Origin: Oopsacas minuta
Taxonomy: Eukaryota > Animalia > Porifera
Direction of reading: 5' to 3'
DNA: 64,000 nt
Assembly: GCA_024704765.1 (NCBI GenBank)
Contig: JAKMXF010000221.1
Coordinates: forward strand, 558,001 to 622,000
The translations under genes were made by a program, and so were the position numbers. Under the pieces are notes generated by a model that saw only the letters and a list, made by a program, of their open reading frames with translations, was not told the origin of the DNA and did no database searches. This document shows positions 1 through 12,750 of the stretch, in pieces. The first letter of the stretch is position 1; the number at the start of each line of letters is the position of its first letter.

Positions 1-1097
1 CTAGGGGGTACACGGGTAGTATTGTGGCCCATCGCGTTCACAGGCACGGACCATTGGTCCAAAAATATTAGGAACATTTTAACAACTTCACCCCGTAGCT
101 TAATGGTCGGAAAATGATAGAAATTGATTGGCTAAAATTGACCAATAGAATATCACCCGACACATAATTAGTAAACCCTCAAATCTGATTGGTCTAGAAC
201 ATTTAATTGTAACTAACTGATCGGGGGCTTTGTAGTGAAGGAAATCTTTTGAAGGATGTGGACTGTTCCTCTTCTCCTGCACAGATCGTGACGCCACGGC
301 AGGACTAGCTGATCCCTCTACTGATATCGGCATTTGGCTAATAAATAATAAACAAACATAAGTTGTTACAAACAAGATAATAAATATTCGAGCAATATTT
401 CAATCAAATGATCAAGAAAACACGACACAATGTATGCACGGTTTATATCGCGTTCATGTTACAGGACGCTCTCCACTGTGGAAACTATGTAACGTTTTCA
501 TTTCCAATTTGAACACGCATTGAAGGGGAAATTGGTGTAAACGAAAAGCAAGACACATATGTAGGTGTCACAAATATTCAGGAAATAGCGCCACATTACT
601 AACACCCGGAAAAGTGTCAGGTGACTAGATTAAAAATGGATACCTTAAACATATAACAGAATTTGTTATTGAGATACAGTTTAATGACAATCACGCAAGC
701 ATCGTAATTATAACACCAAAATGTGTAATTGGAAAACACTTCTTAATTATAATTCATAACTATTAATAAACTGAAAATAGTCATTAACACCTAGAGAATT
801 ATGGAAAATTATATCAGACAATAGTTACAATTAGTTTTCTATCTGTCTCTAGCTTATAAGTGTTAATGTGTACAAATACAGTCAGAGTGCTAATTAAAGA
901 CAGTAATGGTATCGTAATGTTCTGAAACTCATGGGTGACAGGGTCCAGAACTTCCTGAGATGTCACCAAATTTAATGACGTCATAGAATACGCCTCTCTA
1001 TAGATATAACAAAGCGTATGTGTGTGTCCACGCGTTTTCTCAGAGATGCCTGTGCCGATTCAAACCAAATTTTGTGTGTCAACTAAGTAGTACCCAA

Positions 1098-1431
1098 CAG
1101 GCTTGGACCGGGTCATGATATCCTGACCCGGTGACCCGGTTATCAAAACATTAATTTTCTATATTACATTATCTATGTACGTACATAAGAGTATATATGT
1201 ATATAAGTATACGGTAGTAATGATACCAAACAAGTTTAGTAAAAATACTAATGATTCATGAAAATGAAACGTGTAACTAATATTGACCGAATCTTTATGA
1301 TTTACAAACCGTTATAATTTAATTATCCATAAAGATATAAACCGGGTCAAGTCAAAATCAGTGACCCGGTTCAGACCCGGAAATTTATTGAAAATAGTGA
1401 CCCGGTTTATTCGTGACCCGGCCCAAGCCTG
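1098..1431. mobile_element. hAT-type MITE (334 bp) with perfect 8-bp TSD
   Basis: TIRs CAGGCTTGGACCGGGTCA / TGACCCGGCCCAAGCCTG (17/18 match). Identical flanks GTACCCAA at 1090-1097 and 1432-1439. Repeated subterminal GACCCGG motifs at both ends. Confidence 0.9.
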
Positions 1432-2562
1432 GTACCCAACCACTCCAATTCAGAAGTATTTTTCGAATCGAACCATGTTTGGACAAGATATGTGAATTTT
1501 TCACACCTCGCCCATATAAATCAATGCATTTTGGTGGAATCTGATTGGTCCACGTTGGCCAATCAGATTCCAACCTTCGTATAATATAAAAGGAATTCCT
1601 GAGATGGCGCTTGCTTGTACGATTGCCGGTGGTTAGTTACCAACATGACACTTAGATATTTCGTAATTCCCAAAACTAATATTCGAATTTTTAAAGTATT
1701 CCCTGCAAGTTTTGGCGGACTACAGAGTCACTGAATTTAATTACGTCATTGAATACTCAATTAATTAGAAGTAACACCTCTTAATTAGAATTATAAGACA
1801 CTTAGACTACTCAAACAAGAACTGAACTATACTTAGATCAATTAGAGACAATATGGTTACTATTTTACCAGTAATAGCTCTATTATAATAATAAATGAGT
1901 AAATTCAAACAATGGAAGAGCGACACTTGTCTGACACTCCTTGTGCGCCACATCATGCCACTTAAGAGCCACATTTGCCAGTCAAGAATACATAGAAAAT
2001 TGGCTTAATTACAAGAAACCGATTTGACACTACATTAATCACAATAATATAAAATACGACAAAGTACTCTCGCTTAAAATGAATGATGGGGTACTCATCA
2101 GCTGATGATTAATCATATGTATCTATTGATAAGGTGTTAGAATTTATAATTCCATAGGGAAATGCTATAGAGATTTTGACGCTACAACGATAGATGTAGT
2201 CTTGATTTTAAATATGAAAGTATTCGTAACATCTGGTGAATACAGACACAAATGCATACATCCCACGAAACCTGGATTATTCATATCTTTGTTCATAATA
2301 ACAATAAGAACTGTGACGTAATAAGTTGCTAATATACAAAACCAGCAGTTCCCAGCCTTTCACGTGGGTCACCTTACATTGAATAGTTCCAGTAATACAT
2401 CTGCTGGGGTATTGCGTAACAATACTCTCTCATATTGTAAAGTCACACCTTCATGTACACAAGAAGGAGGGGATACATTTGTGGATAGCAAGAATCAGGT
2501 TGAACTTCTAATTTGTTAAGTTTGATTTTTACTGATTAATACTATTACCAAATTGTATAGTA

Positions 2563-2679
2563 CAGAGGTCCCCAACCTTCTTCACACATTGGACCCCATA
2601 TGCCAATTTTGACACATTCTGAGGACCCCCTGCTGTCGTCCTGGACCACCAAGAGGTCACACCAGGTTTGGAACCGCTG
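2563..2679. mobile_element. hAT-type MITE, family A (CAGCGGTTCCCAAC termini)
   Basis: TIRs CAGAGGTCCCCAACCT / AGGTTTGGAACCGCTG; flanks GTATAGTA / GTATAGTG (7/8). The internal motif CCCCTGCTGTCGTCC recurs near 7370, 9135, 18075, 30866, 32605, 37125 and 47140. Confidence 0.85.
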
Positions 2680-2715
2680 GTATAGTGGCTCGGTTCTAGA
2701 ATGGTTGACTTAGTT

Positions 2716-3130
2716 TTCGCTCTGCTGTTCACACCTTTAGATATTAAGACACCAAATTTGGCATGTGTTCTCGTAGTGACATCTAGTTGTGCACCTGACA
2801 TTTAAAATTTTCTAATATGTATATTTTCACACCTTTTGACACCTCTGTATTTTAGCCTAATCAGATTGTAGGATTTTCAATTATGCATAAATGCATAAAA
2901 TTAGTTCTGATGGAATGTTTGTAATTTAATTAGAACTGTAATTGTATTGGTCAATAAAATCTTTTGAGTTAGATACACTTATTTATCATATGAGTAATCA
3001 TATTTTCACACCTTTTGGTTAATATTTCAAAATTGTCCTAGAGATTAGCTCCCACCTGCTAATTAGGGGTAATTAGGGACGAAAAATTCGATTCTGACAC
3101 TTTCAAATGTCTAACACGATTATTTACATT
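2716..3130. repeat. Dispersed repeat family C (Helentron/DINE-like non-autonomous element?)
   Basis: About 300-400 bp homologous to 6665-6955 (direct) and 46010-46270 (inverted), e.g. TATTTTCACACCTTTTGG...CAAAATTGTCCTAGAGATTAGC. Class assignment is inferred from the CCAAATTTGGCATG-type phrase. Confidence 0.7.
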
Positions 3131-3584
3131 CAATTTTAATTTTTTGTTAAAAGGATCTTTAGTGGAATATTATAGTTTCAATAATCCACTGAAAAGTATT
3201 CGGTGGAATATCAGTCGGCACAGACGGTGATTTGAGATTTCTGTCTTATCACTTAACAAATTAGAGGGCAGTGATAATACATTTCATACACAAGTCTTGG
3301 AGGCTTTTCAGGCCCCCGGCGCTTAATCAGGAAAATACGGTATATGTTTTTAACACCCCACACATAAAAAGTGATGAAATTCGAATTGCATAAAAATCTC
3401 ATAAACTGATTTGTCTAATAATAATGTCTAATAATTGCCAATAATTGCATTCGGGTTAAGCAAGCAAATAGTTTTACTGTCTCAGACAATCTTTGGATTA
3501 ATATTCAAAATACTAATTGAATCAAACTGATTAGTCTGGTACTAACTACAAACATGACCATATGTTACATTCACAATAGAGGTA

Positions 3585-3736
3585 TAGTAGAACTCGGATA
3601 AGACGTACACTCGGTTAAGACGTACTATTTCTTATATCCCAAAATATCAGTCATCATTATTTGTAATACAAACATATTCGGATAAGACGTACTAATTTCT
3701 GTTTCCTAGGGGGTACGTCTTATCCGAGTTCTACTG
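3585..3736. mobile_element. Tc1/mariner (pogo/Tigger-like) MITE, TA TSD
   Basis: TIRs TAGTAGAACTCGGATAAGACGTAC / GTACGTCTTATCCGAGTTCTACTG; TA at 3583-3584 and 3737-3738. Confidence 0.9.
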
Positions 3737-4378
3737 TAAATACGTATTCAGCTTTTGTAATACAAATTTCAAACGCCACCTAGGTAACTAAGAAAACCGA
3801 GCATAACTATACTTCCAATGCCACACAAGCACATTAGACAGTTGGTGAATAGAATGGTGTTAATACGTGTATATACAACAAGAGAATAAACCCCCCCGTG
3901 AGGATGAGGGTGCTAAAATCTAAAACCTTGGCTATCACATTTTCTATGAAGCATTACATGTACATGTTTCAATGGCAGAATCCTACAGATTATATTTGTA
4001 ACTCTTCTAATTAGGAACTGAAACTAAAAAGGTGTCTACATGTGTAGTGGAGATAAGACTCCAAGGAATGCGAAGCCGTAAATCACAATAGATTCAATAC
4101 ATATGATAATTTAATTACAGCAGAACCTTTGGGGTGCAAATGTCCAATTTCTAACCCTATCGGCTCCAAAAGTGGTCATAACAGTTCTCCTTCCCCTTGG
4201 GGGCGGAATTAACCCTGACGGACTGAAGGAGGGGAATAGATTCCTCAAAATGCATTTAATAATTATCTCAAAACTCAACCAACAGACCTGTAGTCACAAA
4301 TATAAAAACACTAACACAAACAGTATTATCCCTCTTAAGTTGTTTAAAGTGAAAGCGGTATTCCTTGATATAACGGGA

Positions 4379-7300
4379 TTACAAGAGGGTGATCCTATCG
4401 GGTCCAGAGTCGCTGTCCTCCTGACTGAAGGGCAGTGCGTCGGACAGAGTCGTGCTGCTTAAAGTACTACTTTTCGTCGAGGATTTACGTTTGCTCTGGT
4501 ATCGTCTTTGCTTCATCCGGTCCCAGTACAAGCGATTCTTATCAGGAGGACTACTTGTACTCGTATCACTACTGGGATCAAATGCCTCCACTATTGAGGT
4601 GTCGCATTCGTCCTCCGGTACCATTCGGGGGATCTGGTACTCCGTATTATTAATAATTATCTTCCCCCCTTCAGTATAGTTGGGTTCTTTAGCGAGTTTA
4701 ACAGGTAAAGTACCAATCGGGAACTGGAATGTGTTACTACGAAGTGATACACGGACCCTGGTCTCCAAGGATTTCTTTCTTCTAATCGGGAGGGAGTGTG
4801 AATCATATCCCAGAGGGCCTCCACTTTTAAAGGGCCTCTCTAATTCTGATATTATAGATAATTTATTGAGGGTCTCTTCCTGGTACATGATACGGGACGA
4901 ATTGGGAATAGGGGTGATGGATCTACGCGCGTACGGTGAATCGGTGAGATCGTCCCCTAGAGACTCGTGTCTGCTCCTATACTCGGTCTTAAGGGTATTG
5001 TTCCAGTCCACTGTTGCAGGTTGGGGGTTAGACATATAATGGGAGTGTAACCTAGGGTGTGAGTAAGAGGGCTTATTTAGTCTTCCCGGTATGTATTTGG
5101 TAGTGTTAAGAGACGGACTCTTAGGGAGACACTGCATCCCTGGTCCTCCTAAGAGGTCCTCTTGCGAATGACTGGAGCGTACAGAGAAGGGATCAATCCG
5201 AAAGGATCCCACACTAACGGGACTGGTTAACGCGCTCTTGAGGTATAGAGAACTTGTGTCGCAACCATGGTTACGGGACTGGTATATAGGGGGCAGGCTT
5301 GTGTGTCTCGTGAAGGATAGGGTTGGACTGTTCTCTGTGAAACAGGTAGGCGTAGGACACCGCTTGTATTTGGGCTGGTTAAGAGGGGTCCGTGGTTTTG
5401 AGGGCTTGGAAGGACCCACGGATATACAAGAGAGAGGAAATGAGAGAAGTTTGGAAGATCTGTTGCTATTTTGCGTCGAGGGTCCCGTGAGATAAATATT
5501 TTCCTTGTCGATCCGTTGACAACTATGCAGGGTTCTGTAAATATCTCCGGATATAGTTTTTTCATGGAAGAGCTTCTGCCCAGGGTATACATTCCCTAAT
5601 CTCTCCTCGAGACTGCTGACTATGTATATACCGGTTTCTAACGATACTTGTTGAGCGAAACGGCCGGAGCATTTATTGCATTTTGGACAGATCGAGAAGG
5701 AGAATTCGGTCTCGTTGAAAACGAATGAAATTATCTGAGACAATCGCCAGGAGAGGATGGTCTCCTCGGCCAGGGGGTGGATCAGAGAAATCGAACTGTT
5801 AGAGATGTATATGTTGACTACTCGCTCCCTCATAAACTTGTTCGCAAGTGTTGTACCAGCGTATACATCTAAAAGGAGAAAGAATTTATTGAGGAACTGG
5901 TAAGAGCTACAAACTTAAAATTTGGCAGGTGTGTGGAATGTGATTAATCAAGTAACAAGTTCTAATATCTAAGCGATATCTCAAAAAGTCTCTGAGATAG
6001 GTGTCAAAATGTCTTGCCCTATCAGATTCGAGGATTTATCAATTGGTCTATCAGATTTTAGGGTTCTAACTCATTAATGGTTTCTCATAGAAAGATTTTT
6101 AGTGGCATTGTGTCGCCAAAAATGGCGCTAAATTTCCAACATTGTGTCTACTTGAATATTTAATTATTCAAATTACAAAATCGTGCCAACAATATTTGAA
6201 ATTACTGCCAGTTTTGTAATAGTTTCAGTTCCGAAAGGCTACAAATATAAAACAGGTTTCCAGTTTAGTTCAAGGGAATATGAACTTTAGTGATTAGTAG
6301 TATGTCGAATAGCTTTTTAATCAAATTAAAGGAATAGGAAATGACGCCAATGGAATGTGTATTATCTGATTTGGTATTTAATTAACACACACAACTATCT
6401 GACATTCAGGAACATACCAAATTGGCTGAGCTGGATTAATAGCCATAATTTCATTCAAGAGACAATCTTTTCAACGCGTTAGCCACATAGGAATGCATAT
6501 TAGTTGCTATATCAACAGCTGGGTCCATTTAACAACAACTTACCAACTGAAGTACATACGAATAATTATTGTACAGATTGGAACAGAATTGTATAAGGAG
6601 AGGGTCAACAAATAAGGTAATTATCAGTTAAGTGGTTCTAATCATTATCATAGTACTGTTTATTTGTGTTCACTCTCCTGTTCACACCTTTAGAGATCAA
6701 GACACCAAATTTGACATGTGCACTCGTAGTGACCTCTAGTTGAGCACCTGACATTTGAAAATATCGTATATATATATATATTAACACCTTTTCATTTTAG
6801 CCCAATCTGATTGTAGGGTTTGGCAATTAGCATAAATGGGTTCTGGTGAATATAGACTGTAATTCTATGGGTCAATAAACTAACACATTTATTTATCATA
6901 TTTTCACACCTTTTGGCCATATTTCAAAATTGTCCTAGAGATTAGCCTCCACCAAAATGATATTTCAAAGATTACTTTATGGATGTAAACTTACCAGTCA
7001 TGATTGCTTCTCTTATCTCAGCAACCCATTTTTCAATAATATTTCTGGAATGTCCTGAAAAGTGATACATCTCGTTGTTAGGCGACTTGACAACAAAGTA
7101 GTACCCCAGCATGAACTGTTTGCTCTCCTCAGTGAGGAGGGACATGGAAGGGAGGAGGTTAATCGACCCCTTGAATTTAGTCATTGTCTCATCCTTGTAC
7201 CAAGTTAGAACATATTGGAACTCAGCACTCGTGGGATCTTGTTTCAGTACAAACCAATAATTCTTCATTTCAACCTAGAAGACAAACAAATAAGTAAACA

Positions 7301-7493
7301 AAGTCAACCCTCGCTATATCTAACACGGATATATTGAAAATGCGCGCTTATAAAATTTGAGATCATGCGGACCCCCTGCTGTCCTCCGTGGACTACCAAG
7401 GGGTCCATGGAGCGAGGTTGCCTTGGCAAAATATCAAAAACTTACCTTCCTAAACCGTAGTGCTCCTTTCTTAAAAGACAAATATCCCTCCAT
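4379..7493 (-). CDS. PH + IRS-type PTB adaptor protein (DOK/IRS/FRS2-like), ~605 aa
   Basis: Exons 7493-7446 (MEGYLSFKKG..), 7274-6995 (PH domain, KNYWFVL...WVAEIREA) and 5868-4379, all GT-AG and in phase. PTB-like segment ILSWRLSQIISF..FSFSICPKC..SGRF, followed by a long S/P-rich tail with many tyrosines (e.g. YQIP, YSHP). Confidence 0.75.
5895..6070 (+). repeat. Dispersed repeat family B (DINE-1/HINE-like)
   Basis: AACTGGTAAGAGCTACAAACTT.AAATTT...CTGAGATAGGTG.CAAAATGT..GACCTATCAGATTTGAGGG. Long copies at 58649-58795, 62877-63025 and 62101-62203 (inverted). Short 3' fragments near 175, 8545, 20518, 31015, 46875 and 47270. Confidence 0.7.
6665..6955. repeat. Dispersed repeat family C copy (in DOK-like intron 2)
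   Basis: Aligns by eye to 2716-3055 along its length. Confidence 0.7.
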
Positions 7494-9896
7494 TACAACT
7501 CAGCTTTCAATTAGAATTTGCATTGCCATTCAATTCAATGTATTTATACTGAATGGCAGAGCCACTATTCGATCGACAGACGGTTGTGCATGAATGTGGA
7601 TTCTTGAGTGACTATTGTAAGTATTTGGAGATAAACAAACCTGCTACGTGGTAAACAAAAACATTTTGAAATGTCGCTAGGAAACAATAATATGTTTTCA
7701 AATATTGATTCCAAATAAATAATAAACACGAGTAATCAAAAAATGGGAAGTTATTCTCAGATTAGGTGAATTTAAAGAATTGAGCTCTTAGGGACAGCTA
7801 GAGGGGGCGATAAATGAGACCCCTACAGGGCATGTTGTCCCATTTACTACAAATTTCCCACAAGTTGGAACATAAACTTTTTACCTAGATTTGATAGTAT
7901 TTCTAGGTGTGAAAATTCTAATTAATAGTTGTATCAAGTGTGCATTTTACGCGCGTAAAAGCGGGCTATTAATGTAGAAGGCGCTATTGTCCGTCTTCCA
8001 AGTTCCCCACATCAATCCTATTTTGTAACTGTAATGTCTGAAGTAAGTTAAGATTTCTTCCTGAAACCGATTATAAATAGAAACAAACAAAAGCAGAATG
8101 ACAACACGTATTCAAGGATCAGTTTAATCCACAAAACCGATTGTTTCGACAAGAAGCAATACATACCAATTGCAGGAACATATCTCCAAGCAATTAATTG
8201 AAGTTAGTATTCTTCCAAGGATATTAGAACTTAAACAATACTGCAACACATGTATAATAGTATAATTATTTGTAAATTGAATTTAGCTTGGAAATATGTT
8301 GCCATCTATGAAGCCGCCACTTCAAGTGCCATTTCTGGGATTACATACCGTTCCTAAAGGGTTTTCTGTACGTTTATATGATTTTAACACCCAACACCTT
8401 TGTATCTACATGTTATACATATGTCGCTGGATAGAGTTTCCCATAAAACTGCATTTCCCCTAAACCAATCAAATTACAGTCTCAGTAGGCATTACGAGTA
8501 CAAACTTTTAACAAATAGAATACCAGCCTGCTGTGCTTGGGCTAACCTTCAAATCTGATAGGTCGACAAATGTGCCTATTGTAAGCTAAAAGCGGTCCGA
8601 TCGGGAATCCCACATCGAATGTATGGCCAGCTCGCCCCTGCCCTTGCCTCTTCGCTATGAGATTTCCTGTCATCCCCAGTGGTCCCAAACTAAACGCCAA
8701 CAGTATTAGTCAGGTATACATAAGTGTAATCTCACAAGAATACCGTAATCATCCAGACAAGCCTACCTCCTCAATTGATACATAGCTGTGCTTTGCAATA
8801 AATATTGCTGATATTGAAATATAATACCGAACATTAGTATGAAAATATTCCACCTTAGAGTACTACTTGTACCAGCTATGAATGCTTTGAATCAAATGTA
8901 TTTGAGATAACTCAAATATGGGCGCGGCTAATGCATCGATTGGTTTCAAATAACTCACTTAGGAAGTAATTGGTGTATTATATTTCTCTACGCAATACTA
9001 TTAAGTAATTAGAAGTAGTAAAGTTTAATGACGTCATCCATCTAGCAGTAATTAATATAAAACGTAGTTCAGGATAAGAAAGTTCGTTCCCCATGGGGAC
9101 GAGGGCTCCCTATGCCAATTTTAACACATTCTATAGGCCCCCTGCTGTCGTCCGTGAACCACTAAGGGGTCTGTGGGGAACCGCTGAGTTATACCATGGA
9201 TACTGAATGGACAAAGAAATTTCCAATTTTTCATGGCATTAATTTCAAAAAGACTATGGATAAGATACTTTCAATTTCCTTTCAAGTTTCACTTATATCT
9301 CATATTTAGTCACCTTTTCTAGTCCAAAAGTATATTTACAGTAATTCGAAATGTGTCGATGAATCTGTGACACAATTTAGCGTAGTTATGTGGCCACTAG
9401 TAGATTAATATCTTTAGAATTGTGTCGCAGTCGTAAGAGCAATTACCCTCCTAGACGATTATCTACCATGTTGCACACAATTTATGTTATAGGAAGCTAG
9501 TTACACCACATTCTTCAGTATAGCATAGTTACAATTACTTCCTTTGGTTCCAGTTTGCATATATAACACAAAATGAATAATGATCGTTCAAATTATGGAA
9601 TATGCTTATAGACCAATCAGATTGTAGGGTGTGTAAGCTTGAAGTTGGTCTAATTACTACGTGGTTTTACACACAAATAGCTTGCATTTTATTGGTCAAT
9701 TTCAACCAATCAGTTTCAATCTTTAATAACCACAAATCCGACGGATAATTTGATAGATAAATTAGTTAAGAGGTGCAAATAGACCAACTCATGTAACCTC
9801 ACCCCCTAGGCGTGTTCAGAGGTCAAACCCACAAGTATGATACATAAAATCTTTAGGAAATAGACATCAAAATGGTTCATACACATTTCAAAATAA

Positions 9897-11339
9897 CTAA
9901 CATTTAAACCAGTTCTTAACACGCTTACAGAAACAACTTGGAAAGAGAATAATAAATATTATAAGAAATGTACCTCTAAAAAGTAAAGTAGCAAATAATG
10001 TGTACCAAAATGGGACTGTATCATTAGCCAGGCTGAGAATTGAGTCACAGGTGGACAGATCGCCTATATTATTGTCTCGGTACACGATTTGATTGGAACC
10101 AGAACTATTAATAGTGACTGGACTATTAATAGTAACACAAATAATGTAATCACGAATATGTCTGAAATATGTGCGCTCTGATACAAGGAGGATAACGAAA
10201 CTAATACCAATGGTGATAAAAGCGGAGCTCATAAAGATCGAAAATAGCAATAGCCTCTTTTCTAATTCGCTCAAAACGAGTTTGCGGTCTGTAAGATTCG
10301 CAGATTTAAGCGATTGTATTCTCAATTTCGTTAGTACGATGACAAGCGTAGTTAGCATGAGTCCCGAAATCACAGAATAGAGCCACAATTCCAGAATATT
10401 AAATAAATAAAAGTTACTAACGATGATCTGAGAAACCTGATTGTTAATCATAAACGGGCTATCGGGATCAACCCAAAATATGACACCTATCATGACCAAT
10501 GGGAGGCCAAAAGAGACCACCATCTCAACCAAGAATAGGGTCAGATCCCTTTTGAGCACGTGAGTAAACCGAATTGACAATAAAAGTACGAAAAGAATAT
10601 TCAAAAACGAGAATGTTAACCAAGTGATTGTTGAAATAAAGAAGAAATAGAAAAGAGAGCCGAAAATTGTGGTCAGTAACTTCGAAGTGGGGTCTGTCAT
10701 CACCAGCCTGAACGCGTGTGCCACTAGGTACAACTCCCCTCTAGCTGACCTCTCACAAAACAATCCTTCGCGACCAACACTGTCCATAAGAATAAGAGTT
10801 ACGAAAACTCCCAAATCAGATAATATAACCATGGAGAGTGAAGTCCGGGATAAATTGAATTCCAACCTTTTCTTTGAATATTCTATATAACTTGTTACCA
10901 ACCAAAAGACCAGCGTCCCAATACTCAATAGCACCCCTAACGACGCGAATATCAGCGATATTACTCGTACTATAAATGGAGAATTTATCTCCAGGGGGTC
11001 CCAATCACACGCAGGGTAACAAACAAGTTGTTTTGGTTCATAAACGAATCCATATTGGCAGTTTACAGATGTGATTGAGTAGTTAGCAGCGCTGGTGTTA
11101 AGAGGGGGTATTTCCTCTGTGATGGAGGTCTCGTTAGAGGGCCTGGAATTCTCAATAATTTGGAAAATAAATCCTATGGAAGGAACGAATGAAATAAACC
11201 ATATGATTAACATACTTAACAAACAGATTGCTATGTAAACAAATTTGATTGAAAATATGTGACTCTTAGTGGCAGGGTTTGTGTCGGTTTTGCGTTTCAT
11301 TTCTAACAAGTCTGAATTACTCGCACTTTTGGAATCCAT
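9897..11339 (-). CDS. Frizzled/Smoothened-like (class F-like) 7TM receptor without CRD, 480 aa, intronless
   Basis: N-terminal hydrophobic segment, short N-glycosylated ectodomain with C..C.P.C linker, then seven TM segments. Frizzled-like motifs GREGLFC, LFYFFFISTITW and FGLPLVM. The tail has KRVKNW in the KTxxxW position. Confidence 0.65.
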   Translation of the reverse strand: MDSKSASNSDLLEMKRKTDTNPATKSHIFSIKFVYIAICLLSMLIIWFISFVPSIGFIFQIIENSRPSNETSITEEIPPLNTSAANYSITSVNCQYGFVYEPKQLVCYPACDWDPLEINSPFIVRVISLIFASLGVLLSIGTLVFWLVTSYIEYSKKRLEFNLSRTSLSMVILSDLGVFVTLILMDSVGREGLFCERSARGELYLVAHAFRLVMTDPTSKLLTTIFGSLFYFFFISTITWLTFSFLNILFVLLLSIRFTHVLKRDLTLFLVEMVVSFGLPLVMIGVIFWVDPDSPFMINNQVSQIIVSNFYLFNILELWLYSVISGLMLTTLVIVLTKLRIQSLKSANLTDRKLVLSELEKRLLLFSIFMSSAFITIGISFVILLVSERTYFRHIRDYIICVTINSPVTINSSGSNQIVYRDNNIGDLSTCDSILSLANDTVPFWYTLFATLLFRGTFLIIFIILFPSCFCKRVKNWFKC

Positions 11340-12129
11340 TCAACAAACAAATAATCAACAAACAATAAACGAATAATATTCAAATGTAATTTTATACTAA
11401 AAGAATCACAGAAGGCTAATTAGGTTAATAACCCAATCAGCTGATAATAATTGTACTAGCATTAACACATTCTTATATGGAATTCCTAAGACAGGATTTG
11501 GTTGCATTCAGTAATATATCACGTCTGTAATTTGTATGTAAAATAGATTAGCAGTTCAATGACAAGTCTCCAACCAAGCTACTTATACCTCAGCTCGGGG
11601 ACTTGCAAAAAGTGTCAAAATATTATTAAATATCCATTTTCGATATTTGCAAATGTTAGAATCGAATTCTACGCACACGATTACCCCGGACTAACAGCTG
11701 AAACGAAGTCTCTAGCATCATTTTGAAATATTGGTCAAAAAGGTGTGAAAATATGATTCATCATCTGATAAATAAATACATATACATCCTACACACTTCA
11801 ACAACCAATAGAATGTAAGAGTTATAAATTGTGAACCGCCTACAATCTGATTGGTCTAACTATAACCACCAAAAATGTGTCCGATATTCACTTTCATACT
11901 GAGGACACATTTGAAGTGGCACACGTATCCCTATCCCGCCGATTTTAACCGCCAATACCCCTCTAAATTCAAGCGGTAATTGAATTAGTGTCAACTACAT
12001 GTAATTAAAATATCCTCCTATAAAACAAACAAACAAATAAACAAGAACAAACAAGGATTAATTACATAACACCTCTCATATATATCCTCATAACAACAAG
12101 TTATAACTAATAATACTTACTGGAGTACC

Positions 12130-12750
12130 TCATTGTGTCATCTGAGCGCCACTACTCTGAATTATAGATATTATGACACCAAATAGCCCAATTGCACTGC
12201 CGAATATCTCAATTATCAAGATACGCACGAAGAGTGCCCCGTTTTGCGCGTCAGCCAGTGCGGCCCCTGATCCCACTTGTCCGACACAAATCCCACAGGC
12301 CAGGTTCGTGAAGCCGACGGTCAGCCCAGCGCCGAATATTGAATACCCCGCGAACAGCTGTGTCCTGTAGTAGTCTTCGTTATTTGCGGCCTTATCGAGG
12401 TTATAAAGTTGTATTTTGTTACTGAGCACAATTGCCATTATAATTCCATATATGGCTACAGCCTCACAGAAAATTATACTAATTAAGTTTCTTGTACGGA
12501 TCCTTGGCGCCTTAACACCCCCTCCAAGGATACTGGACCCTGTCAGGAATATCCCCCACGCGGCCCCGATTACCGAGATGGAGATGGCAATCCCGACACC
12601 TACACCGGCCCAGAGGTAAGGGGAAATAGAGAGCAAGACCCATCCGATATCCACGCGGTATCCATATCCAGCTAGATTGTAGTAGAGGGCAACTATTAGT
12701 AGAGCAGAGATAGCTGTGTAGTAGGAAGCTTGATAGGGAAGAGAGTACAT
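12130..12750 (-). CDS. ATP6V0B: V-type ATPase 21 kDa proteolipid subunit c'' (Vma16)
   Basis: Diagnostic [21 protein letters not shown] and [15 protein letters not shown]; five TM segments; intronless. Confidence 0.97.
   Translation of the reverse strand: MYSLPYQASYYTAISALLIVALYYNLAGYGYRVDIGWVLLSISPYLWAGVGVGIAISISVIGAAWGIFLTGSSILGGGVKAPRIRTRNLISIIFCEAVAIYGIIMAIVLSNKIQLYNLDKAANNEDYYRTQLFAGYSIFGAGLTVGFTNLACGICVGQVGSGAALADAQNGALFVRILIIEIFGSAIGLFGVIISIIQSSGAQMTQ

Noticed and set aside
100-375. 91-aa - strand ORF with an exon-like GC-richer core (about 345-228)
   Set aside because: The ends run into a GTTT tract and a family B repeat, and no homology is recognisable. It could be a real exon of a gene leaving the window, but it is unsupported.
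4172-5592. Several + strand ORFs overlapping the DOK-like last exon
   Set aside because: Antisense shadows of a long coding exon; no domain signal.
8560-8880. GC-richer segments with possible - strand splice sites
   Set aside because: Several frames are briefly open, but none gives a recognisable product and no RNA gene consensus matches.
12110-12125. ATACTTACTGG resembling the U1 snRNA 5' end
   Set aside because: It lacks one C of ATACTTACCTGG and the downstream sequence is the V-ATPase stop region, not U1.
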